From positions 43,028,001 to 43,092,000 of the forward strand of contig OX597821.1 of the NCBI GenBank assembly GCA_951406725.2: a stretch of 64,000 nucleotides of DNA, in the 5' to 3' direction. A program made the position numbers and the translations under genes. Shown one piece after another: positions 53,903 to 64,000 of the stretch (position 1 is the stretch's first letter; each line of letters begins with the position of its first letter). Source of the stretch: Octopus vulgaris (lineage: Eukaryota). Under the pieces are notes generated by a model, which was not told where the DNA came from, ran no database searches, and saw nothing but the letters and a program-made list of their open reading frames with translations.

Positions 53903-54994
53903 TTCTACTTCTAAAGTGAGGCTTTGAATGCAAGTAAGTAAAGAAAACTTCTGAATTTAGTTTTAATTATAAAATTACATCTCTCAACAACTAAAAGCAT
54001 TCTTTTTCAGCTTTAAAATTATTGCATATATATTCAAATGTTTCTTAATATTGAACCTTTCCTTTTTCTTATTTTTTCATATTTTTCATCATTCTGTCAA
54101 ATACTTGGAATTACTATATGGAAGCGGGGCAAAATTAGTAACTGGGTCAAAATCAATAATTTCTGATTTCTTGTTATTTTCTCTCATATTGTACCATTGC
54201 AGCATCTTTAGGAGTAAAAATCAGTCAGTATAGTTGTTGTTGAAGTTGAAAGTTTGAAACATAGGTGACAGGTACTATTTTCAAGAAATTTGACTCAACA
54301 GTAATTGAGGTAGATAATAAAATATCTGGATAATTTTTGGTGAAGAAGCTATTTTATTATTTTTTTTATTTCATCAAGTTTCAGCTCATGAGCTGTGGCC
54401 ATGCTGGGGCACCACCATTCTATAATGAAGAAATTATAAAAATATTTTATGATGAGTTTTTAGATTTATAATCTTCTTTCATTTGACCAAAATATTTTAA
54501 ATTTAGTTGTATTTCTGATGTCTAAAGATGGATGTTTATGTGCATGACTCTTTTTCCAAATTTTAGTTCTGGAGAACTGGAAGGGCATATTTACTTTGTC
54601 TTGTCTTACCCATTTTGGTCCACCTAAATTTGTCTTTTATATGCTCAAAGAAAACAGTGATAATTTTCTGAAAGTGTTCTGAATATGTTATATGTTTTAC
54701 TGTGTTTAGAGAAGGTCTTTACTTTGCTGATATAGTTCTGGCAAGGTAGTGAACATTTGTAAAAAATTTTTTTTTTCAAAGTCAAAAATGCAGTTAATAT
54801 TACTCATAGTGCCCCACATGCTCTTACTGGAAAAGCAGACTTTCAGGAATAGCTGTTTGAATTTCACCATTTTTGTCGGGGTTTCCCCTGCTTTTTAATT
54901 TTATTTTTCATCCATTGCAAAACAATGAAGGGAAGCCATTTTAAAAGATGAATTTTTAAAATCCATGTCTTTTAAATGTAGGTATCTCTACCTG

Positions 54995-55042
<48 letters not shown>

Positions 55043-57558
55043 ATGGCTTTGGAACAGCAACAACCACAAAAAGGATTTTTTCTTTTTTGCAATTTTCTGT
55101 CGTTTTATCTTATTCTACATTCTGAAACATGTAACTCACATTAAAAGAAGAAAAAAAAACTTACCCCATTCTTCCCTCCTTCAGTGTACTTTTCACATTG
55201 AAGGAAAAGTCAAACACTGCAAGTGGATGTGTGAAAAACAAAACTTGAATTTTGAAAAAGTGTATCTATAAAGCGACATTTTCAGTCATTTATTTAAACT
55301 TTCTCTGCTAACTCATCAAATTCAATTATTTAAAATTGATAGGTTTTGAGATTTAAATTTGGTAATTGTCTAAGATTTTAATTCTTGTGTATAAGGGACC
55401 CATCAAACTTGAAGTGCTTCAGCCTCCAGTTTAAATCTGGTCCTGGCTATCATACAGAAAGCTGTTTATCAATTAGTTTGGTGTATGTAAATTATATTAT
55501 CAGAAAGCTATTATTAAGTTAGTCTACTCTGTCTAGTGTTATAAATTAATATAATTATATTTCTGAGCAGGCAGCCTATTTTCAATGGTGATAGTCACCA
55601 AATTCAACATTCAGCTTTTGTAGTATTATTGTTGTTACATAATTAAGTAGAGAAGTTTTAGTGTTCCAACTGAAATCACCTTTTGTTGTAATAAAGAGTG
55701 ACAGAAGCAAAGTTTCAAGTGTCAGAAATCATTGACAAATCTATATTGTGTAGAAATGAATATTTATTTCCAAACACTTCGTAATGAATTTTGTGAACTT
55801 CTACGGGTCCTATGTAAAAATATCTTTCAGTCAAAGAGTCTTCAGTTTGACAGTGACATGAGTATGTGTGAAGAAAGGGATTATGTGAATGTATGTGTGT
55901 ATGTGTGTGTGTGTGTGTTTGCATTATAATACTATTTATTTACTTCCCACAAGGGGCTAAACACAGAGAGGACAAACAAGGACAGACAAATGGATTAAGT
56001 CGATTACATCGACCCCAGTGTGTAACTGGTACTTAATTTATCGACCCCGAAAGGATGAAAGGCAAAGTCAACCTCGGCGGAATTTGAACTCAGAACGTAG
56101 CGGCAGACGAAATACCACTAAGCATTTTGCCTGGGGTGCTAACGTTTCTGCCAGCTCGCCGCCTTATAATACTTGATGGTAAGCAATAAGCGCCCACACA
56201 TGGCTGTTGCTGAAAAATATTCAATAATATAGTAATTATAAAGAACAATATCTTATTAAATAGGACAAAATGGAATAAGCAGGACAAGAGGAGGCATGTA
56301 GGACAGAATCAGTGATGAGGACACAGTATGTGTAACAAAAGAACTTTGACAGATGCATAAACTAAAAATAATACAAGTAAAAACTTAAGTGAAGATTGAA
56401 TAAATATTGTGTGTGTTTAATCAGTAAAAACGAAAGAAATGACCATCCCCAAGTATAACAATATCTGTTTTAATACATGTTCATATTAAGAATCTTGCAA
56501 AACAAATACATAACCATAAAGATCTTCTATAAGGGTATATGAATTTAAACACAGCAACTTAAAGCTGGTCTGTGGCTCAGAAACAAATGTTATGTTCTAC
56601 TATTAAAGCCTAATATCCTCCATCCTCATGTTATATTAATCTTACATTATATACATACAGACATATATATATATATAATATATATATATATATGCATATA
56701 TACATACATACATATATGTACATACTATCATATATATATGTGTGTGTGTGTATGTATATATATATGCATATATGGGTATAGTACATCGCAAAATGTAAAC
56801 AACAGTAAACAATGTGAAATATGAAAGCAAACTTAATTATTTGAACAATGAAAGAAACAAATGGGAAACAAGATGAATAAGATAAAAAACAACCCTTCAA
56901 AAGTTGTCGATGGTTTATCTACTCCATATTTGGAGCAATTCATCACAATATGAGGCTTCGAAAAACAGTTGTTCCTGCAAGCCAAAATAAAATTTGGGAT
57001 TTGTGGAGGGTCAAAGTTGGTAACAAAACAGGACAGTGGAGACATACAAGAAACCAAACAAAAGCAAACATGGGTGGGGAGGGGGCTGTTAGGCCAGACG
57101 AAGTAAGGTAGCAAACGTTGGAGGATTGTTGCCATACACATTCGCTAGCGTTCTTACAAAGGGATCTAATGCTCTTACCTTAGACTTTTTGGGGGACAAC
57201 CAGATCGAACCATTTCAAGTGTAACTGTCCGAAATGGTCGTGACTTCTGGTACTTGACTGATGAAAGAAAGCCAAGAATGACCCGTCTTTTTTTGCCTGT
57301 CCTCTAATTGTTGTTTCTCTTGTCCACCTTTGTGTCATCCATCTGTCCGAACGTTTTAATGCCCTCTATTGCGTTTTGTTCTATTTATATATATACACAT
57401 ACACACACACACATCCATCCATCCATCCGTCCATACATACACACATACATACACACATACACACATGCATACATATTTCTTGAAGCTTCTACATTTCCAA
57501 ATGTAAACACACACATACGTGTGTGTGTGTGTGTGTGTATGTGTGTGTTGTGTGTGTG

Positions 57559-57596
<38 letters not shown>

Positions 57597-58502
57597 ATTT
57601 CAAAGAAGATTAAATAGAGCAAATAACATTAGCTGATTCCCTGGAAAATGACAAAGTACCAAAGTAAAGTCTACAATATTTTATTCTCAAGAAATACATA
57701 ACGACTGTCGCTGTAAGTTGACAAGATGGCAAAATTTCAATATCACACACTCTCTAATCTTTCTTTCTCACTCTCCCCCTCTCTCCCCCTCTCTCTCTCT
57801 CCTCTCCTCCTCTCTCCACCTCTCTCTCTCTCTCTCCTCTCCCTCTTCTTCTACACACACACACATGCACAAACATACTCAAACAGACAGATAGACAGAT
57901 AGATGTTTTTCTTTGATATTTGTTTTTAAGAATTTTCTTCTGCTGACTTCATGCCAGTCACTAACAAAGTGGCAAGGCTCTTTTGTCTAAGTCAAGACAT
58001 TGCTTGTGTTTGTGGTTACTTGAAATGGTTAATGTACATGTGTATGGACAAACTTCCACTCAAAGGTGTACACATCCCAATAGAATAAGCGTTTGTGTGT
58101 TTCATTACAATTTAAAAGTGCACATGCAAATGTATTCTATATGTATATGTGACTGTGTGGATGTTGACCCAGGAACCTCAAATGAAGAAGCCCTGAAATG
58201 TTTTACAAGTTTTCATTGTTCCTCTGATTGCATCTATGTATGTTTGCATGCATATATGCGTGCATGCATGTATGCATGTATATGTGTGTGTATGTCAGTG
58301 TACAGTTTCTCAATATTTTTCTTTATGTTTAACAAACTTATAATCTGTTGTCTTTCTTTTATAGGAATTCCTTTACCATTAATTCTTGTCTGGGCACTTC
58401 TAAAAGCTCACTTTGAAAATAACTCGTAAGTAGTTTCTTGAATAAGAATTCTTTCATAATCGTTATTAATTCCCCTTTCACCTGATATATGCAGTATATT
58501 TT

Positions 58503-58572
<70 letters not shown>

Positions 58573-61500
58573 AATTTATACACATGCACATACAGACATT
58601 GCATAAATACTTACTGACAGATAGATATAGTAAGATTGATACATCTGTGTGTAGACACACATACATATATGCATATACATGCATACATAATTCAATGTAA
58701 GTATATATATATATATATATATCATCATCATCATCATCATCATCGTTTAACGTCCACTTTCCATGCTACCATGGGTTGGACGGTTCAACTGGGGTCTGGC
58801 GAGCCCGAAGGCTGCACCAGGCCAGTCAGATCTGGCAGTATATATATATATATATATACACACACATACAGAAATAATGCATGTTGGCTATGTATATGAA
58901 CAGTGACTACTGTCTGTCCAAAACATGTTACATAAACTCCTGTATGATGATCTACTTAGAAGATTTTGACGATAAGATACAAACCTTGTTACAGTAAAGA
59001 CCATTTGTATTTCAATATTTCAAGCTGGTTGTTTCTGGAAATCTTCTTCTCCTGTATGTCTCTTGATGTAGAACAATACTTTCGAAGTTATTTGTGTGTG
59101 TGTGTGCATGCATGCATGCATGCTCAAACTAAAAATAAACATATCACCGATACTTTGTGTATCTTGACCTATTGTAGTAACCCTTTGGCATTCAGATTAT
59201 TCTGTTAAATGTAATGCTTATGTATTCACATTGTTTTTAATTATCTTGCAGATTTGAGATTTCAATGTTAAGGTTGTTTATTTTTAAAATGATATTGTAA
59301 GCTAGATGTGAGAGACCAGATCTGGCTGGTTTCAACAGACAACAATTTGAATGTTTGGGCCAGATGTGGCTGTTTTAAGTGCTAAAGGGTTAATAAATGC
59401 TATGTTTGTTGTAGTTTCATTACTGCTGTGTCAATCATTCAAGAACCATGTTTGAATAAACAAGACACAAGTATGGCTGTGTGGTTAAGAAGTTCACTTT
59501 AGCCCATATAGTTAATGGTTCAATCCCATTGTGTGGATGTTGTTGATTATAACTAACATCTCATACCTTTAGCTGCATGTTAATCAGCACAATTTGATTG
59601 AAATTGGTTGACGAAAAATGAAGCTTCTCATATATCATCATCATCATCATCATCATCATTGTCATTATCAATATCATCATCATCATCATTTAACAATGTT
59701 CTATGATGGCATGGGTTGCATGGTTTGACAGGGTCTGATAGGTCCCCGGACTGTGTTCTGCCCCAGTGTCAGTTTTGCATGATTTCAATAGCTGGGTGCT
59801 TTTCCTAATTCCAACCACTTTATAGCATATACTGGGTACTTTTTTCATGCGACTAGTACTAGTAAAGTCGCCATGCAGCCTGTGAGACTTAGATTCTTTT
59901 TGAGTGAGTGGGACTATAGAAGAGAGGGAAGCAGGTTTATGCTAGGAGGTGAGAGGTTAAAATATGAAAGAAGAGAACAGGACAGAACTCTTGCTGAAGA
60001 AAAGATACAAAGCTACTAACACTATTGAAGACAAGGCAGAAGAACAAGAAATAAAATAGTGGTGATGAAGAGTCCCTTTCATCCATCCTCTCTCTTTTTT
60101 TCCTGCACCACCTTGACTGGCTTCCGTACCGGTGGCACGTAAAAAGCACCAACCATTTGTGGCCGTTGCCAGGCTACCCTGGCACCTGTGCTGGTGGCAC
60201 ATAAAAAGCACCATCCATACGTGGCCGATGCCAGCGCTGCCTTGACTAGCTTCCATGTAGGTGGCACGTAAAAACCACCAACCGATTGTGGCCATTGCCA
60301 GCCTCCCCCTGGCATCTGTGCCGGTGGCACGTAAAAAGCACCCACTACAATCACGGAGTGGTTGGCGTTAGGAAGGGCATCCAGCTGTAGAAACACTGCC
60401 AGATCAGACTGGAGCCTGGTGCAGCCTCCTGGCTTCCCACACCCTGGTCGAACCGTCCAACCCATGCTAGCATGGAAAACGGACGTTAAACAATGATGAT
60501 GATGATGATGTATATGAGAGAGAGAAAGAGAGACATAGATGGATGGATATGTGTGTGCGAGTGTGTTTGTGTGAGTGAGTGTTTCCCCTTGTTTTTATAT
60601 GTGTTTGCTGACTGTAAACAAAATTATTGCTATTCATACAGACTGTTGTTTGCTTGCAGTCTACTGTGAAAGCATGTCCAAGCTATGTAACCCATTGCAC
60701 AATCTTTGTAAACAAAAAGTGCCTTCAAATGGTGTCATTTACTTCCAGTTCTCGGTGTAATTATCTCCTGGTTGTTTGTTTTCCCATAGACTGGAGGATT
60801 ATTACCTTGCTTAGAAACAGGTGAAGGTTGCCTATAGGAAGGGTATCAAGCCATATGCCCTCTCCACAAACATAGTCTCATTTGACCCATGCAAGCATGT
60901 AAAGTAGACATTAAAATGAAGTTAAACTAATTAAAATACTTTATGCAATAAATGTGAAATTTTCTAATAGTAGTTTAAAATTGACTCTGATTTGCATTTT
61001 TCTGTTTTCAGAGTATTATATCACTTGTTTAAGATAAACACAACTTGTCACTTTTGATGTTGTCATTGCTGCATGTTGTTACTGTTCCTGTTTTAATGTT
61101 GTTACCATTGGTTATAATGTATCTACTCAATCTCAATACATTCTGGCAGATTTGACTGTGAATATGCTGATCGCTGCTGTATTTCATCATTGGAGAACAT
61201 CTCATAGCTTTAGACAATGTATGTTCATAACACTCATGATCCATTGATGTAAGGGGATTTTGAGACACCATGGTGTTTCACTGCGTCTCATTGCTCTGTG
61301 TGCACCTCATGAATTATTATTAGTTTGGCATACATCAGCATGCATCAGCAAGTAATTTGCTTGCTGAGATCTACAAATAAAAATCAATAATCTTGTTAGA
61401 TTCATTGATCTGATGGTGGCTTTGACTGAGAAGATACACAAGTTGAAATACTGCTGTGTTTCAAAGCCTCCTTACACTGATGGATCATGTGTGTTCATCA

Positions 61501-63199
61501 TCATCATCACCATCATCATCATCACCATCATCTAATGTCTATTTTCCATGCTGGCATGGGATGGACAGTTTAACTGAAAACTGGTAAGCTGGGGAGCTGC
61601 ACCAGGTTCCACCCTGATTTGACAGTTTCTACAGCTGGATGCCCTTCCTAACGCCAACCACTCCAAGAGTGTAGTGGGTGCTTTTTATGTGCCTCCAGCA
61701 AGGGTGCCAGTTACGAAACACCAGCATTGGCCATGACTACGATCTCACATGGCTTGACCGGTCTTCTCAAGCACAGTATATTGCCAAAGGTTTTGGTCAT
61801 TTGTCACTGCCTCTGTGAAGCCCAAAGTTGGGAGGATACTTTTTACGTGCCACCAGAACAGGTGCCAGGTATATGACACTGGCATCAGCCATGACTACAA
61901 GTTCATTTGGCTTGACAGGTCTTCCCAAGCACAGTATATTGCCCAACATTTGAAGAGTGCTTTTTACATGCCATCAGCATGTGTTATGAGCACATATTCT
62001 CAACAAGGGGGAGATATTCTCCAATGACAAAATGCAATCAGTTTTCCCATTTGAATCTTCCAGAACGTATTAAGAATGAATATTTTGTTGTTTGGATTTT
62101 CACTGTTCTGTATGTACTTCATGAATTATTACCATAGATAATGTTACTGATATTTCATAGATCCTGTCTGTATATTTGTGAATGTGTTCAAGCTTTAGGG
62201 GTTTTACTGGTTTAGTAAAGTTGAAAGGGCATCACCCATGACTGTTTACAGAGCTTCTAAAACTGATGGGAGAGGGAAGAAGGTATCCTGAACTAGAGGA
62301 TTGGTTTGAATGCTTGTAACAAAGTGAACTCCTCAAAAAGCACTCATGATGTCATATGGCATAAAACTAGGCAATGGAATAAGTCTACCACCAAAGGCCA
62401 TTTTAAGATTTGAACTCAAGATGCTAAGAGCTAGAAGAAATAAAGCAAAGTATCTTGACTGATGCTCTAACGATTTCCTTAGTTCAATACTTTGGATTGG
62501 TACTTATTTATTTGATCCCAGAAAAAGAAAGATTAGGTTGATCCTGATGGGATTTAAACTCAGAAAGAAGCTGATATTCTAATGACTTTGCTATCTTGTC
62601 TTTTATATTGAGTTTAAATACTTAATAGCACTAAAGAGTCATCATCAGTGGCAGCAGCAGCAACAACAACATTGCCACAACCACCAGCAGCAGTAGCAAC
62701 ATCATTACCACCACCACCACCACCACCACCATCACCATGTATCATCTGCTTTCAGTAGGATGAATACCAGGGATCACCATCTCAGTCTCTCTTTGGCTCT
62801 CTTTACACATTCACAATATTTTAACTCTGTTCAGTTTTTGATAATTATCTGTCCATGTATTTCTTGGCTTCCATCTTCTGCTTTGGCCTTTCCATAAACA
62901 GTTTCTGTAAATCCTTTTTTAAAAAACAAATTGGCCAAAAAATAATAATGATAAGAGCATACTTTTTATTTGTAACAGTTATAACAGTATTTCATTGGCC
63001 TTATACATTTATGATAGAAGTATATGAAGAGAAGATACAGGAGTGTTGGTGGATAAAATGAATGCAAATGTGATTAGGTATTGTTTATTTAAACAATGAA
63101 AACTTGACTAATACACTTTATTGTTTCAGGTGTTGGATAGCTGTACCTATGTCCAATTTTGACTACATCCATTGTGTGCCTGTATTTCTGGTTCTGTTT
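35077..63199 (+). CDS. Partial multi-exon class B1 GPCR, CRH/diuretic hormone 44/egg-laying hormone receptor-like (7 exons; N-terminal and C-terminal exons not found in window)
   Basis: Exons 35077-35196, 36792-36904, 39898-40010, 50777-50903, 53090-53243, 58365-58425, 63130-63199. All are AG/GT bounded with compatible phases (1,0,2,0,1,2). Joined frame: [252 protein letters not shown]. It has HRM cysteines and 7tm_2 motifs; RCLRN.IH is typical of CRHR/DH44R. Confidence 0.95.
35283..35585 (+). mobile_element. tRNA-derived SINE family C
   Basis: A box tggcctagtgg, B box ggttcgaatct; tail gcgacagaccggcgtcccgtccagg...gaaggaacaaacaa. Confidence 0.8.
36792..36904 (+). CDS. GPCR exon: hormone-binding domain C-terminal half
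   Basis: ttccttctag|AGAAT...TTCAAC|gtatgt; 113 nt; [21 protein letters not shown]... Confidence 0.92.
37833..38040 (-). mobile_element. Short element between microsatellites with a degenerate minimal hammerhead
   Basis: Minus strand gcGACGA-agtgc-tat-gctc-GAAAC-GTT at 37970-37943. Confidence 0.45.
38117..38466 (+). mobile_element. SINE family A, 3'-truncated
   Basis: Head and core similarity to 967-1353. Confidence 0.8.
39898..40010 (+). CDS. GPCR exon: TM1
   Basis: ctcttgcag|GAA...TTCAG|gtagat; 113 nt; [38 protein letters not shown]. Confidence 0.93.
40611..43840 (-). mobile_element. Decayed RTE/BovB-type LINE with three C-terminal C2H2 zinc fingers, in the GPCR intron
   Basis: [59 protein letters not shown]; 3' UTR stem-loop ggtggt..gtctgc/gtagac..accacc; tail runs into (TA)n. 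Confidence 0.92.
43968..44330 (+). mobile_element. tRNA-derived CORE-type SINE (family E)
   Basis: gggctcagtggttaga A box, gagttcgattccc B box, tgtgttcttgagcaagacacttt core. Confidence 0.75.
44403..44805 (+). repeat. 200-bp tandem duplication overlapping a SINE B 5' end
   Basis: 44403-44602 is repeated at 44603-44802 with about 4 substitutions. Confidence 0.9.
46478..46883 (-). mobile_element. SINE family A
   Basis: Near-identical to the reconstituted copy at 17096-18005. Confidence 0.85.
47073..47119 (-). ncRNA. Minimal hammerhead-like motif (Penelope-type), partly degenerate
   Basis: Minus strand gactc-CUGAUGA-a-ggcug-gaggguauau-cagcc-GAAAC-AUU-guguu. Confidence 0.55.
47190..47968 (-). 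mobile_element. RLE-type (R4/Dong/NeSL-like) non-LTR retrotransposon 3' fragment
   Basis: [12 protein letters not shown]...IVEVSCPAD...KEKEDIY...IIGALG restriction-like endonuclease motif. Confidence 0.8.
50777..50903 (+). CDS. GPCR exon: ICL1/TM2/ECL1
   Basis: ttctttag|AAAT...GAG|gtgagt; 127 nt; [42 protein letters not shown]. Confidence 0.95.
53090..53243 (+). CDS. GPCR exon: TM3/ICL2/start of TM4
   Basis: tctctag|TGG...TGGG|gtaagt; 154 nt; WLCK...[14 protein letters not shown]...LIGWG. Confidence 0.96.
53409..55445. mobile_element. Non-autonomous hAT (Tip100-like) element, ~2 kb
   Basis: TIRs CAGGACCGGATTTA / TAAATCTGGTCCTG; flanks actataat / gctatcat match at 6 of 8 positions as a TSD. 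Confidence 0.7.
55937..56165 (-). mobile_element. SINE family B, full length
   Basis: Complete head, core and tail; several CpG decays relative to other copies. Confidence 0.85.
58365..58425 (+). CDS. GPCR exon: TM4/ECL2
   Basis: ttttatag|GAATT...AACTC|gtaagt; 61 nt; [20 protein letters not shown]. Confidence 0.94.
60100..60510 (+). mobile_element. SINE-like family D with (GAT)n tail and internal repeats
   Basis: 3' end catgctagcatggaaaacggacgttaaacaatgatgatg; related minus-strand copies at ~58741-58837 and ~59688-59880. Confidence 0.75.
61530..61985 (-). mobile_element. SINE-like family D
   Basis: ttctacagctggatgcccttcctaacgccaaccactcc shared with 60100-60510. Confidence 0.75.
63130..63199 (+). 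CDS. GPCR exon: ECL2 CW and TM5 start
   Basis: ttgtttcag|GTGT...TTT|gtgagt; 70 nt; [23 protein letters not shown]. Confidence 0.93.
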
Positions 63200-63857
63200 G
63201 TGAGTATCAGGATTTATTTTATTGGTGACATATTGTAAAATTCTCAGCAAACTAAAAGTATGATTTTGATTTGAAGATAATCAAATATACGAAAGGTTTT
63301 AGGCAAAAACATAATCATCAAAACTCACTGATTCTCTTATAAATATTATCAAACTGAAATTCACAACATAGGGAGACCTTAGATACATCACAAAAAACTC
63401 AACATCCTCCCTTCTACATCTTTCCTTGTCATCAATCAGTTTTTTCTTTATTTTCCATTTACATCTCTCTCTTTCTCCAGTCCTTGATGTCACTCATTTT
63501 CCCCTACATGGTCTTCTTATATCTCTTTTACCAGGAAAGGAATTTGTCTATCACAACCAAAATCACTAGACATGGAGTGACATAGTGTCACATTATATGA
63601 CCATGACACTTCATTTTCCATATTCTATCACTGGAGAGAAGAGCATCATGACTTGAAGTCTTCCCAATAATTTCTTTCCTAACACTTGTCAGCTTCGTTT
63701 TCTTTATGGATTGTAAAACAACTTACTTATAAATACAAGATATATATATTTTTTTTAAAGTCCCCATTATTCATTGTGTTTAAACATATGTTGCATGGAA
63801 GATTAAAAGAAACACCAAGAAATCAGTTGCATACTATTCTTCCATTATACTTCAAGA

Positions 63858-64000
63858 TGGTGAGCTGGCAGAATTGCTGGCATAGCAGGAAAATACCTTG
63901 CAGCATTTTTCTTTATTTTTTAATGTTCTGAGTTCAAATGTTCCCAAGGTTGACTTTGCTTTTCATCCTTAAAATAAAGTATCAGATAAGTACTGGGGTC
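63858..64000 (+). mobile_element. SINE family B, diverged, cut by the window end
   Basis: ggtgagctggcagaa...ttctgagttcaaat...gactttgcttttcatcc. Confidence 0.7.

Noticed and set aside
57983-58429. 148-aa ORF as a standalone gene
   Set aside because: Only the last 61 nt are a spliced GPCR exon; the rest is open intronic sequence
60131-60345. CRISPR-like array
   Set aside because: Eukaryotic context, no cas genes, spacers related to one another, and embedded in a dispersed repeat

Overview
AT-rich, microsatellite-saturated animal DNA. The SINE and repeat content points to an octopus or other coleoid cephalopod (inference). The only host gene I can support is a + strand class B1 (secretin-family) GPCR of the CRH/DH44/egg-laying-hormone receptor type. 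Seven GT-AG exons (35077-63199, 758 nt) splice into one open frame from the hormone-binding domain to TM5. The first coding exon(s) were not found, and the 3' exons presumably lie beyond the window. None of these exons appears as a clean ORF in the supplied track, which is mostly microsatellite noise. The rest is transposon-derived: two decayed RTE LINEs with C-terminal C2H2 fingers, two R4/Dong-type LINE fragments, mariner and pogo/Tc2 relics, hAT-type elements, Helitrons and several SINE families. The most notable signal is a set of hammerhead-ribozyme motifs in short Penelope-like or retrozyme-like elements lodged in (TA)n tracts. The best case is an intact-core hammerhead present twice in a ~230-bp near-perfect inverted repeat (30233-31185) upstream of the first identified exon. 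All coordinates and folds were worked out by eye; repeat boundaries are approximate.
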